From contig NC_043005.1 in NCBI RefSeq assembly GCF_006345805.1, positions 73,346,001-73,410,000 on the forward strand: DNA of 64,000 nt, read 5' to 3'. The notes under the pieces are model-generated. The model was not told where the DNA came from, searched no databases, and worked only from the letters and a program-made list of their open reading frames with translations. The position numbers and the translations under genes were made by a program. The number at the start of each line of letters is the position of its first letter. The first letter of the stretch is position 1. The stretch comes from Octopus sinensis. Its lineage: Eukaryota. This document shows positions 27,163-39,614 of the stretch, piece by piece.

Positions 27163-28452
27163 CAGGGTGAGGAAGCAAAATTTACAATGAATGTTAAGTT
27201 GCTTTTTCTCAGGAGGCACTAAGTCAATTGTTTTGAAACCTAGCATATACTGATGTCATACTCATACCTAACACTATTATCCTTACCTTTTCAGAAACTT
27301 TTGCCCATATGAGTAATCAGGAAAGCAAACGTCAAAGAGTGTGTGATTTGCTGAATGCACTCGTCACACCAAAGGAAATTTCAAGGATAGTTGGAGTGTC
27401 CATAAAGACTGTTTATAATGTAAAAAATAGAATGACTATGAGCAAAACTATTACGAGGAAGTCTGGAAGTGGAGAAATCAACAAAAAACGTACCGAAGCT
27501 TTTATTAAAGCTCTCAAATCCAAAATCCTAAAGGATCCAACCAAATCCATGAGAAAAATGGCAATTGAACTTGAGGTAGACAAGAAGACCATTAGAAATG
27601 CAGTAAAATATGATTTGAGGTTAAAATCTTACACAAGAACACCAAAACATTTGTTGACAACAGCTATGAAGGTAAAGAGATTGGAGAGGTGCAAGAAAAT
27701 TATTACATGGTTCAAGAAAAAGTCCTCCATTGTAACAAACTTTTCAGATGAAAAGATCTTCACTGTCGATGCTGTTCTGAACCGCAGAAATGACAGATTT
27801 ATTTCAAAATCAACAGCTGAGGTTAAGGGGACATTCAAAACAAAACATCCTGCACAAGTTATGGCTTTTGGTGTTGTGGCTTCCGATTGAAAGAAAATGC
27901 ATATAAAATTCTACAAAGCTGATGAAAAGATCAATGTTAATAGTTACTACAAGACTCTGAGATACCAGGTATTGCCATGGCTTAAAGCAAACTACCCAGA
28001 TGGTAATTATATATGGACACAGGATGGTGCTCCAGCCCACACAGCCAGAAAAATACAAGATTTCCCCAAATCCAACTTTAGCGATTTTTGGGAATCATGT
28101 TTATGGCCGCCTTCTAGCCCAGATCTAAACCCTCTGGATTATGCTATTTGGGGCATTTTAGAACATGCTACCAACAGAACATCACAGAGCAATGTCGACT
28201 CTCTTAAATATACTATTACAGAAGAATGGAAGAAGTTGTCTCCCGAATATTTGAGGAACACTTGTACAAGTTTCAGGAAGCGTGTGAAGGCAGTTATTGA
28301 GAAAGAAGGAGGACACATAGAATAAAAGCATTTTCTATTATGTAAATTTTCTTGTGGCAAATAAATTCTCATAACTTTCAATAAAATAATTGGTCATACA
28401 CTGTCTTTCAATCCCTGCCTCAAAATATTGTAAATTTTGCTTCCTCACCCTG
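27163..28452 (+). mobile_element. Full-length Tc1/mariner-superfamily transposon, DD37D (maT) family
   Basis: Perfect 26-bp TIRs CAGGGTGAGGAAGCAAAATTTACAAT (27163-27188 and 28427-28452), TA on both sides, 1290 bp, transposase inside. Confidence 0.95.
27309..28325 (+). pseudogene. DD37D transposase (338 codons) with one in-frame TGA
   Basis: ORFs 27309..27890 and 27897..28325 share a frame. Motifs FSDEK, QDGAPAH and SPDLNPLD are present, with 37 residues between the second and third D. Confidence 0.92.
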
Positions 28453-28464
28453 TATATATACATA

Positions 28465-28498
<34 letters not shown>

Positions 28499-28499
28499 C

Positions 28500-28534
<35 letters not shown>

Positions 28535-29280
28535 GTATGTATGTATGCATGTATATATATATATATATATATCATGGAAAAATTATACAAAATGTATAAA
28601 TAGATGATGAGTAAAGCACCGGCACAGTTTCGATTACGTGTTGTTATCTGTAGAGTTATGGCTAGAACTTCGTAGTAGTGCTTGGGGTAACAGTATTAAT
28701 AAAATATGTGAAAATAGAAAGAGAGAGAAAATGGTGAGGTATTCATATGTATATATATATATATATATTATATATTCACTATTTATCTATTTCATATTTC
28801 ATTCCTTATATTTTACGAAACTCGGGATTAATTTCGGTTCACAGCGAAGTTAATAAAACATTTAGAATACATTAGAAGCAGATAAAGGCCTCATAAGTAT
28901 GCAAGAACTTATATCAAATGGACACTGTATACAAAACTCATTATCACTGTTAAATAAGTATGTCTTCCTTACTCTGTATCACCATCGAACCTCAGAATTA
29001 CCGTGAATTATATTTAAAATTTAACAAGTGATATTAACAAGTGATAATTGACCCTGTTATGGCTATGTAGAATTGTGATATACTAGCGGGACCCTTGTAT
29101 ATTTCACGGAATTAATGGTAAAGCTAATGGATTATCTCTGAAAACTTTATCCCAAAAACCTGAAAGTGTATCCTGTGTTGTGTCTGTATAGAATGATAGT
29201 CGCTCATCTGCTACTCATAGAAAAATGACAGAAACTAGAATACGATGAGTATTTTATGCACTTTATATAAATATATATAC

Positions 29281-29327
<47 letters not shown>

Positions 29328-29999
29328 TATAGATATATATATATAGATATACACTTTATGCACAAATTATGCACAATTTATAAACTTCATACACGGCACT
29401 CATATATTAAATATTCAATCTTATTTGTCCATTTTTCCCATAAGCAAACCAAAAAAATATTCCGTACATATTATACAACCTTTAGTTAAATTGTATATAT
29501 TTATCACGTAAACAAGCGCAAATATTTCACGGATTTACACTTATGCGCATGCGTTAAGTGACAGGCAAGATAAAAAAAACTTAGTGCAATGAAACAATGC
29601 ATTTTTTACTATTCAATCCCCATCGCCACATCATCTCTCTCCACCTCACTCTCTCCTCTCTCGCTCCCCCTCTCTCACCCCTCTTTTCTCTCCCTCCACT
29701 CTCCTCTTTCTCTCCCAATGAAAACCTGGTATAAGTCCATATCCTGATCTATGCACTTCCCTTCCATCTGTCTAGTTGAAAATATATCCATAGTACTCCT
29801 ACTAAACCCAGAGAGAGAGAGGAGAGTGTGCGTGTATGCGTTTGTGTCTCTCTGTGTGTATGTCTGTGTTTGTGTACGCATTAGTATGAAAGCGTCTGGA
29901 TATGCCTGAGTTTGCCACATCATGCCTTCTCACGCCACATCATTTTATTTTCTCTCTTAACACTGATTTACTTGTTTCATTATTTTAGCACAAGGCCAA

Positions 30000-30162
30000 C
30001 AATTTCTAGTGAGCGCTCAACTGATACTTGTTTTATCGATACCGAAAAGATGAAAGGTGAATTTGACCTCGGAGAGATTTGAACTCAGAAAGTGAAGACG
30101 GAGGAAATGCCTTAAGCATTTTATCCGGCATCCCGACGAGTTTGCATGCTCGCCGCCTTAAA
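30000..30162 (-). mobile_element. OR-like SINE, diverged
   Basis: Reverse complement starts TAAGGCGGCGAGC and contains TCTGAGTTCAAAT. Confidence 0.75.
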
Positions 30163-30192
30163 TCATAACACTAATTTATTATCTCGCTCAAT

Positions 30193-30418
30193 GAAGCGGT
30201 AAGATGGTAGACTCTTTACGGCACCGGACAGAATACTGAGTGACATTTATTTCGACTCATTACCTTCTGAATTCAAATCACTCTGAGATCAGCTTTGCCG
30301 TTCATTTTTTTTTTTTCAGAGTCGATGAAATAAATTCTAGTAAAATACTTGGGTTGATGAAATCGAATAACCCCGTCTCCCAAAACTTCAGGCCTTGTGA
30401 CTATGGTCAAAAGGATTA
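30193..30418 (+). mobile_element. OR-like SINE, diverged
   Basis: TCTGAATTCAAATC...CTTTGCCGTTCAT...GGCCTTGTG. Confidence 0.65.
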
Positions 30419-30649
30419 TCTAACCTTCTGTTATTCTCTGTTTTCTGAAGCATGCTTTCCTGTGCATGACTCCACTACACAAGAGCATGCAACAAACAGC
30501 AGATGTTGAAAAAACGTACCAGTCGGCTTAGGAAACGCAGATAACCTACATGAAGATTAAAATTACCACTTACGTTTTCCGCATTCGCCATTACGATACA
30601 TATGTGTGTTTGTACGAGCATATATGTGTGTTTGTAGATGCATACATAA

Positions 30650-30680
<31 letters not shown>

Positions 30681-30690
30681 ATATGTGTGT

Positions 30691-30728
<38 letters not shown>

Positions 30729-31061
30729 ATACACACACACATACTATACATGCACATACACCCTTGTATGTGTGTATGTTATGCCCAGTTCATTTATATA
30801 ACAGCAGGCCTGCACGCGAGAGAAATGTCTAACACGTAAATATATTCCTATTCTGCTTCTGATACCAGAGAAAAAGTTGGGAAATTGACCAATCCTTGAT
30901 GGAGCAGTACCCGATTTCTTTCCCTCATCCTTTTTTAAAATGTACTCTCCTCGTAGATAACGCCGTGAAAAATTAAAATATCACCCTGCCAGATAATTTT
31001 GCATATTTGATGTTTAGACAACACATCATTTATTATACTTTACATATTTTATACACAGTAC

Positions 31062-31392
31062 GGCGCGTGGCTCAGTGGTTAGAACGTCGAGCTTACGATC
31101 GTGAGGTTGTGAGCTCGAATCCCGGACCGGGCTGCGTGTTGTGTTCTTGAGCAAGACACTTTATTTCACGTTGCTCCAGTTCACTCAGCTGTAGAAATGA
31201 ATTGCGACGTCACAGGTGCCAAGCTGTATCGGCCCTTGCCTTTCCCTTGGACAACATCGGTGACGTGGAGAGGGGAGGCCGGTATGCATGGGCGACTGCT
31301 GGTCTTCCATAAAACAACCTTGCCCAGACTTGTGCCTCTAGGTGCAAACTCTGTAGGTGCAAACCCATGGTCAGTGTCTGACCGAAGGGGGT
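31062..31392 (+). mobile_element. tRNA-derived SINE with CORE-like middle and RTE-related 3' part
   Basis: TGGCTCAGTGG A-box, GCTCGAATCC B-box, TTCTTGAGCAAGACACTTTA...CAGCTGTAGAAATG middle; 3' part shared with 45104-45290. Confidence 0.8.
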
Positions 31393-31479
31393 CACCAACA
31401 CAGTGTGAACCAAAAAGAAGGAAATAAATTTAAATATTAGAAAGGTTAGTTGTTAGTCGAAATTACAAGCACATACTTA

Positions 31480-31900
31480 AGCTAAAGAAATCGTGCACTC
31501 CTCCGTTGAAAATCCGTCACTGAACAGTAGAACTGTACGTCAGGAAACAACCCAAATATTTATTCACACGCATTGAAAGAAAAGATGATGCCTGTTTAAT
31601 TCTTGCGAAAGTTTTGTGCAATAAATATTTACCAAAAACGCCAAAGTTTTTGTAAGATGTTTGTTAAAAGAATAAATCGCTTATGTTTATGATGTTTACA
31701 TCATCGACCAACGTTATTTGAGGCTGTTTAGGGCTTAGTGTTTCAGTCCTGTCATCTATGTTTAGATCATGAGTGATTTTTCTGTCCTTGGAAGTTAATC
31801 TCATTAAGGATACTACAATTTGTATCTTGTAAGTTTTCGTAATGGAATTAGAGACAAGTCTGTGATAGGCGTTGTTATTTACATCAAACAAGTTCTTCGT
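31480..31900 (-). mobile_element. Decayed Penelope-like element, region N-terminal to the RT core
   Basis: ORF 31664..31891 has YHRLVSNSITKTYK...DRKITHDLNIDDRTETLSPKQPQITL, resembling the ITKTYK...L.IDDR.E...K.AFITLKDHK motif of invertebrate PLEs. Confidence 0.6.
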
Positions 31901-32660
31901 TTATTCAGATTAATTTAAAATATTTTCCAATATTTTTACTTTACATTTTTCTTCATGTAACTTAGTAGTTAAATATATATACAACATATTATTTTTATCA
32001 AAAACTAAGTCACAGTTTTCTTTTAGTGTATATATACTTAACTTAATTTATCAAAACATAATTCTGTCCGTATGTACAGGGATTTAAAGTAGCTAAATTT
32101 GTCATACGGCTTCATTATCTGTCGTACTTTATCAATTGTTAGAGTATTTTTCTACATATTTATATCATTGATATTATCAAACTCTACCGCTAATATTTTA
32201 TATAGATTTAATTCATTTATTACAGTCTGGTTCATTATGCCGTCTCCTAATTTATACTGTCATATTTTGTCTTATTTTTCAAAGTTAATCAACAATGTAC
32301 TCGTATACTTTAATCTTTTACTTTTCCTATCTTATTTTCATTCATTTCAAATCCACTTATTTCACAGTATTGTATGTTTCACCTATTTTATATATATAAT
32401 CTTTATATTTACGATGCATTTACCCATTCAAAATCTACACCGATGTTCCTTACTTCATCGTTGCCGATCATTCTTATTGCTCTTTCCACTTTAGTCACCC
32501 CCGGCAAAACCAGTGCTTTGTGAGAGTATATGACAGACAGAAACTGTGTGGTAAACGTTCATCTGTATGTATATATGAGTGTGTGGGTGTGTGGGTGGGT
32601 GGGTGTATGTATGCGTATGCGTGTCTGCATGTGTGTAAATATGTGTGCGTATGTGTTTAG

Positions 32661-32728
<68 letters not shown>

Positions 32729-32836
32729 TTCTCTCTCCCTCTCTCCATTTATATAATATATATATATATATATATATATTAACAGAATGATATAAAAATC
32801 CAAGGTTGTGAAAGATTTCAGAACATTTATAAATAG

Positions 32837-32884
32837 GTCTTACAGCTGTTTCCGGGATATTTTATAGATCCCTTGATTGGAGAC
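32837..32884 (-). ncRNA. Hammerhead-like relic (stems intact, core mutated)
   Basis: Reverse complement: GTCT-CCAATCAA-GGGAT...ATCCC-G-GAAA-CAGCTG-TA-AGAC. Confidence 0.5.
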
Positions 32885-32966
32885 GGTGTGAGAAAATGGT
32901 TAAGCAATAGTTATATATATATGTATATATTTTGTGAAATAGAAAGATGAATAATCTTGTTGCATA

Positions 32967-33002
<36 letters not shown>

Positions 33003-33699
33003 TGCATGTATGTACTAGCTGAGGTACTAGGTATTAAATTACCTTTAATAAGATAGCTGTTTATACCTATGAAACATTTTTCCAAAATTTTTAATCTATA
33101 TTAATGGGTAGGAGCAATGTGTCGAAAAATTGAGCAGCGTCTGGTAGCGAACCTGTGTCGTCGTCATTTTTGTGCATGTGTGTAAAATGGCAAAGTTTTA
33201 CGCTTTGGGGCAGATTTCGTCAAATTGATGTCAAAACGGCTAGCATACAAAATGTCTAAATTTTGCTTGAGAAATAAAATCCGCTTACCTAATCAAAACC
33301 TAAAACGCTGTCGAATTAAAACAATGAATAGAAATAATAAGCTTAAGCAAATCAAAACAATTCGCATTGAAATGCAAAATTAGCAAATGGTAAATAGATT
33401 ACCGTTAATAAGCTGTCTGGTTATACCCATGAAACATTTTTCGTTAAATTTCGGCATTTTCCGTCAAGTTGATGTCACAGTGGCTAGTACGAAAAATGTC
33501 GAATTTTACGATTTTTGAAAAATTGATGCTGATATAAAATTAATGTTTTTAAAATTTCAAGTGCATAAGTGACCGCATGGGCATAAGCCAAGTTTCATCA
33601 AGGTCTGTAGGATAGTCTCGGAGGAGTTAAAGTAAATTCATAAACACACAAACTTGCCATTTATTATTATTATCATTTTTATTATTATTATTATTAATA

Positions 33700-33757
<58 letters not shown>

Positions 33758-33774
33758 ATATATATAAACTTAGA

Positions 33775-34045
33775 TAAACTTAGATATGTTTCGACCAAAG
33801 ATTGGTCCAGGCTATGTCTAACTTAATAAGCACCACCTGATAGGATATCTAAATTTGTTTAAGTCAATTTTGTTCAAGTTTTTGTTTTGCGGTCCATTCA
33901 AGTAGTGAGTTTTGTTGGGTGAGTTGTATCCAATTATGGGGGGCTTATCTGGTATTCTTGGAGGAATCTATCCAGACTCCGTTTAAAGTTGATAGGATCC
34001 TTTTCCTCTTTGATCTCTTCGGGACGATATTAAATAGGAAATTAT
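33775..34045 (-). mobile_element. CR1-group LINE 3' fragment
   Basis: Frameshifted LFNIVPK/EIKEEKDPINFKRSLDRFLQE/IPDKPPIIGYNSPNK/NSLLEW, followed by a 3' stem-loop tail. Confidence 0.75.
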
Positions 34046-34094
34046 GTTGCGTGTACATATATGCTGTGATCCTGAATTGGGCAGGGGATGTATA

Positions 34095-34137
<43 letters not shown>

Positions 34138-35684
34138 CATGCTGCACCTTCGTTACACAAGAAAAGCCATTGCCAAAAAGACTTACTGAAATGCTTTATT
34201 ATTGATGCCATGCGATGCCCTAATATGACTTTTAAGCATAGCCAAATTTTTGCACATATATTTTTTGTTGTGGCTGATTCTTGAAAGTAAGTCGTGTTGC
34301 AGCGTGTATATTACTTATGAGGTTTTTATAGTAATGGGTGTTGTGTGACATGTTGATGTTTGTTGTTCTGATGTCGGTACTAAGCGCTCAATATAGAAGT
34401 CACTGCCAGGCAGTCACCTCTATATTGTGTTGCATATAACTGGTCACTAGTTTTATGTCTTGTTTTTCTACGATATACTTTTGTTTTGCCTTCTATGGTG
34501 GTTTAAGCCTTTTCATTTGTTGTGTATGTTCTAGAAGTATTGCTTTAGACGTTGTTCTGTGCTTTGACGAATTTAGCTATTTCATGTGTATAACAGGTTG
34601 CATTTTTGAGTTGCCTCGTAGGATACATCTTTTAGATGTAGCAATAATGATTTTATTAAGTATATGCCAAATATATATACAGCAACACCATTAAAGTCGA
34701 ATTCTGAAAACCTAGGCTCTGCCTTTTACTACCTTTCGTTTCAGACAATTTTTTAATAATCTAAAAGTGTTCTTGCTTCCTTCATTAATGCACGCATGCG
34801 TAGTGAATGAAATATGCTTCCGAATAAAGTTACGCAATTTTTAGTCAAGTTTATTTAGCAGATAGGAGTGTTAAGCAGAATGTTTTGTCTTAGGAAGAGT
34901 TGTAGTTGGCTCGTTAAGGTATCTGTTTGCTTCTAGTATTGTAATTATATGTGTAGAGGAACTGAGACAAACTCTAAAGAAATATGCTAAAATATAGACA
35001 ATTAAATAATTCTAGAAAAATCGATAATCAATCAAAAAATCCCTTGCTTTAATTACTTTCCTCGGTCTTTTGACAAATTGGATCTTAAAACAGAACATTC
35101 CAGATTTCATTAAATGCATTGACTAGATTATGTTTATTTAGTAATTTCACTTTGGTAATTAGCTATTTAAAGTTTACGACAAATGTCTTGAATGAAATTT
35201 AAGCCCGACACATTTGGAAGCCATATTAACATAATATTGATTTCCTCAAAATAACTCCGTAATTTCTGAGACGAATAATATAATGCATTATTTGGTTGAA
35301 GTATCATATTATGCTTCGCTAATTTACCAGATAATTCAATCAACAAATCATATGTTGTTCAAATTTTACAGATCAATCGAAGTTTATTAGTAACTTTGCA
35401 CATAGCTCGAGTATTCTGTGTTAAGGTCCAAATTTTCCAACCTAGCAAGCTATGCAATTGTGGCCAGTCAGAATAAATTTTATCTCTCTAATCATGAATG
35501 ATTTGGAGTTTATGATTCAGTATTTATTGTAGACTGTTCTTATGTGCTTTCTTATAAGATACACTTTATAAAATGTTGCACGTGACATAGCATCGTGAGT
35601 GAGGAAATATTTTCAGGACATGGAAGAGACACCATTAACTGAAAATTGATTATTTAACTTAAACTCCGTTGGCTATCTTTGCAT

Positions 35685-35740
35685 CACGTTTCTGATGAGG
35701 AGCGTGATGCGATGTTTGAAACAATCTGTGAATTGTCGTT
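35685..35740 (+). ncRNA. Hammerhead-like relic (core and stem III intact, stems I/II decayed)
   Basis: CTGATGA-G-GAGCGT..ATGTTT-GAAA-CAAT-CTGTGA-ATTG-TC. Confidence 0.5.
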
Positions 35741-35834
35741 GTATACATTTTCATTCGTTATTTTTAACTATTACAAAATATTATTGAAGCTGTTGTTTTC
35801 GCATAGAGCTAGTTCAATTTTGATTGAAAAAATA

Positions 35835-36400
35835 TTGGGTTGTCCGGAAAGTTCATGCCGATTTATGGTAGATTACATTTCGACTTATTTTAGAACATGG
35901 TTGAGTCCATAAAATAGGATTTGACTACACCTCCATTTAGAGCACAGTTTAAGCTATCTTTTCGTGGAAGAATGTTTATGTTCCTATAACCTGTGTTAAT
36001 TCTATAACCGTTTAAAATAGAATATAAGAAAGTTCATTTTCAGCACTTGATGCTTTGGGAACCAGACAAACATTGCTGCAGCTCGGCTGGGATGTGTTAC
36101 CCCACCCTCCATATTCACCAGATATTGCTCCTTCGGATTTCCACTTATTCAGGACTCTGCAGAATAGTCTTAATGGTAAAAATTTCAATTCCTTGGATGA
36201 TGTAAAAAGATACCTTGATGAATTCTTTGTCATGAAACCACTTCAATTCTGGGAAGAGGGTATTTTCAAGTTAAAGGAAAGATAGAGACGGAATGTGCAA
36301 CAAAATGGTTCATATTTGGTTGATTAAAAATGTAATGGCAAGTATTTATTGACCTTTTTCTTTCCTTTAAAAATCGGCACGAACTTTCCGGACAACCCAA
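35835..36400 (+). mobile_element. Internally deleted mariner (DD34D-type) element
   Basis: TIRs TTGGGTTGTCCGGAAAGTTCATGCCGATTT / AAATCGGCACGAACTTTCCGGACAACCCAA, TA TSD, and the remnant LGWDVLPHPPYSPDIAPSDFHLF. Confidence 0.93.
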
Positions 36401-36465
36401 TATATACTCAAAGACATTTTAGTAGCAGTGATTAGTTATTTTTTCTTTTATTTAAGGCATATCTA

Positions 36466-36890
36466 CGTGGTTATGAATTCGCTTTACAATCAAATCTTTT
36501 GGGTTCAATCCCACTACATGTTACCTTAGGCTACTATGATTTACTATAGCCGACCAATGTTTCGTGAGTAAATTTTATGGACGGAAATTATGAAAGCCCG
36601 TGATGTGTGTATATGTATATGTGAGTGCGTGAGTTTCTGCCTATTTGTGTGTGTGTGTCAGGTGGTGTTTATGCATGTGTATCTCATCGTTTACCTTTGA
36701 TCCCCATAGCCATTTGAAAACCGGAGCTGGTTATTTTTACGTCCTCGTAATTCTCAGGTTCCGCAAAAGTGCCGATCGAGTAAGTACCATATTTAAAAAG
36801 TAATCACTGAGGTCATTTTGTTCGATTAAACGTTTCAAGATGGTACCCCAGCGTGGCTCCAGTCCAATAAGTGAACACAAAACCCCAAAA
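36466..36890 (+). mobile_element. Diverged OK-like SINE
   Basis: GGGTTCAATCCC B-box and family body. Confidence 0.7.
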
Positions 36891-37084
36891 AAAATAATAA
36901 TGAAAAGGTGTGTAAGAGGTATGTAGGACTATACTGTCTGGTGTTATTAAACAGATCAGGTGAGATCCATTAAAATAGATACGTATTATTACATTTACAC
37001 AGATTAATATTACTACATATATAGCACACTTAATGTGTAGACATGTTTTCCGCAAGTTCTTATGCGTAACATTTATAAACGAAC

Positions 37085-37262
37085 ATATAATATATATATA
37101 TATATATATAGTTCAAATTTACAGAAAGTATGACGAAGACAGATGAAGGAACTACAAGTATGTGTATTCGTTTAGCGCTCAGGAAGAATGACAGAGTCTT
37201 TGAAGTCTAGAGCCTGCGCTCTTCGACAAAGAGAAACCGGAGAGAGAAAACGGAGAGAAAAC
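37085..37262 (-). mobile_element. Solo PLE terminal-repeat relic with decayed hammerhead
   Basis: Reverse complement TTGTCGAAGAGCGCAGGCTCTAGACTTCAAAGAC...CCTGAGCGC is homologous to 40932-41000. Confidence 0.6.
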
Positions 37263-37266
37263 GTAT

Positions 37267-37271
37267 CTATG

Positions 37272-37305
<34 letters not shown>

Positions 37306-37524
37306 TGTATGTACGCATGCATGCATGTATGTATGTATGTATGTATGTATGTATGTATGAATGAATGTATGTATGTATGTATGTATGTATGTATGTATGT
37401 ATGAATGTATGTATGTATGTATGTATGTATGTACGCATGCATGCATGTATGTATGTATGTATGTATGTATATATGTATGCATGAATGTATGTATGTATGT
37501 ATGTATGTATGTATGTATGTATGT
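37267..37524. repeat. (TATG)n microsatellite
   Basis: Directly visible. Confidence 0.95.
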
Positions 37525-38004
37525 AGTACATCTGAGCGTTAACATTAATCCAATGTGTATGTATATAGAAGTTTTATTTTAAATATGAGATACATAACGA
37601 TTGAAATTTTTGGTGAATTCAGTTTGCAGAGTAATTTTATATCAAAAGAGAAGAATGGAAAAAATGTCGTATACTTTTGGTACGCCAAATATTTATAAGC
37701 TTATGTTTGCATAATTACAGGCTTGTAAATGTTTGTATATCTATAAAATCACATAAATAAACCGATACAGAAAATATGGAAGACATTTGCTTATGAAATA
37801 AGATATTGTGGCTATTAGTTTATATTTCAGTTAATATTTCTGATTTGTTTATGCACTAAAATTACTTTTACTAAAATAATTATAGAAAACAATTTTATGG
37901 CGGTGTTTTTCGATTTTCCGTAATTTTCATTACAATTCATATGATTCTGTTTTTCTTCTTCGTTTTTTTTTTTTCTTGTGCTTTTGAGTATTAATTCTTT
38001 GCTT

Positions 38005-38160
38005 CAAGGTGGTGAGCTGACAGAATCGTTAGACTGCCGGCCGGACAAAATGCTTAGCGGCATTTCTTCCGATTTTACGTTCTCAGTGCAAAAGCCCCCG
38101 AGGTTAATTTTACACTTCTCCCTTTCAGGGTCGATGAAATCCACTTGCCCTATTCCCCGA
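38005..38160 (+). mobile_element. OR-like SINE
   Basis: AAGGTGGTGAGCTGACAGAATCGTTAG head. Confidence 0.75.
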
Positions 38161-38440
38161 AATTCATGGCACTCTGCCAAAATTTGGATCGAATGTTAGT
38201 CTCATACTTATTAAGCAATCTGTTTTTATGGGCATAATATCCAAATAATATAAGCATTCGGAATTAATTCTTTTCAGAATAAAGTGTGAATTGTAATAAT
38301 AATTCAATAGCATCACTATATGTCTCTCTCTCTATCTCTCTTTCTCTCTAATTATCTTTCCAACACACACACACACATACACACATCATAGCATACATAT
38401 TTATACATCCAATCACATACATGCAAAAATATGTGTATAA

Positions 38441-38511
<71 letters not shown>

Positions 38512-39500
38512 ATATATATACATATATAGATATACATACATACAGGCTCACCTACATGCAAATTCTTGTGTGTGTATTTAAGTGTGTGTCAATGCCTGTG
38601 AAGGTATGTATATATTTTCATATGATAATAATCGATATATATACATTTATATTTTCTTATATTTATACATACATACATTCATACATACATATATTTATAA
38701 GAAAAAACGACGAAGTTATGAATGATTATCTGATTATCTTATGAACTTTATTATCTTAAAGCAATGATGAGTCCGCGGCATTTTATGGCAGAAACAGCTT
38801 TGAGGTAATGAGGTTTTTAAGATAATGGTTTATTCTTTTGCCATTTTATATTTTTTTTACTGGTCTGTAGTCAACAGACGCAACGCTTCCTTCTGGAGTA
38901 TACTCAATTCTACACCAATTTAGTATTCTTCCAATGCCTCGGTGATATGTATGTATGTGTGTGTGTCGGTTAGTTGTTGTTTCACCGTTGTCAAAATTGG
39001 TAGGAGTTGACTACACGAGACATACAGAAAGATTTAACATAAGATGCGCAGAATAGATGCTTGGTGATAGGCGATGAGTGAAATAATGCTACATACATAG
39101 TGAGAGAGAAAAAGGATCATAGAGATGGCAGAAGATGGGGGGACGGGGAGTAGGTAGAGAAGGAGCAAGAGGGGTGGAGTTGCAGGAGAAGCAGAAAAAG
39201 AGGAGGGAGGAGGGTGAGCAAGAGGGGAAGGCGGAGGATATGATAGTGTAGCTATGGCGGATAAATACATAGATGCACATATGAAACGAAAAATGATTTA
39301 ATGTAAAAGACCACCAATTTATAAATTTAAATATCAAATATATGCATCAAATGTATATAACTTCGTTTATATATCATTGGAGAAAATTAATTAATTTTCA
39401 CTTTGTTGATTCTGTTTTATGGAAGTTCACACACACACTCACCCGCCATTTCTCGCGATAAAGGTATGCCTACCTACCAACCAACTGTCTATCTATCTGC

Positions 39501-39535
<35 letters not shown>

Positions 39536-39614
39536 CCTATCTATCTATCTATCTACCTTTCTTTCTTTCTTTCTTTCTATATGTATATATACACACACAC
39601 ACACATATATATGC

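Noticed and set aside
33100-33665. Possible Helentron/Helitron-type non-autonomous element
   Set aside because: The 3' end has a suggestive style, but I could not identify sub-terminal inverted repeats or a 5' boundary.
33788-33815. CTG-GACCAA-TCT-TTGGTC-GAAAC (minus) as a hammerhead
   Set aside because: The core lacks ATGA; it is better explained as the LINE 3' recognition stem-loop.
34300-34650. Possible further PLE relic (minus strand, RGDCLA motif)
   Set aside because: Similarity is limited to a few residues across frameshifts.
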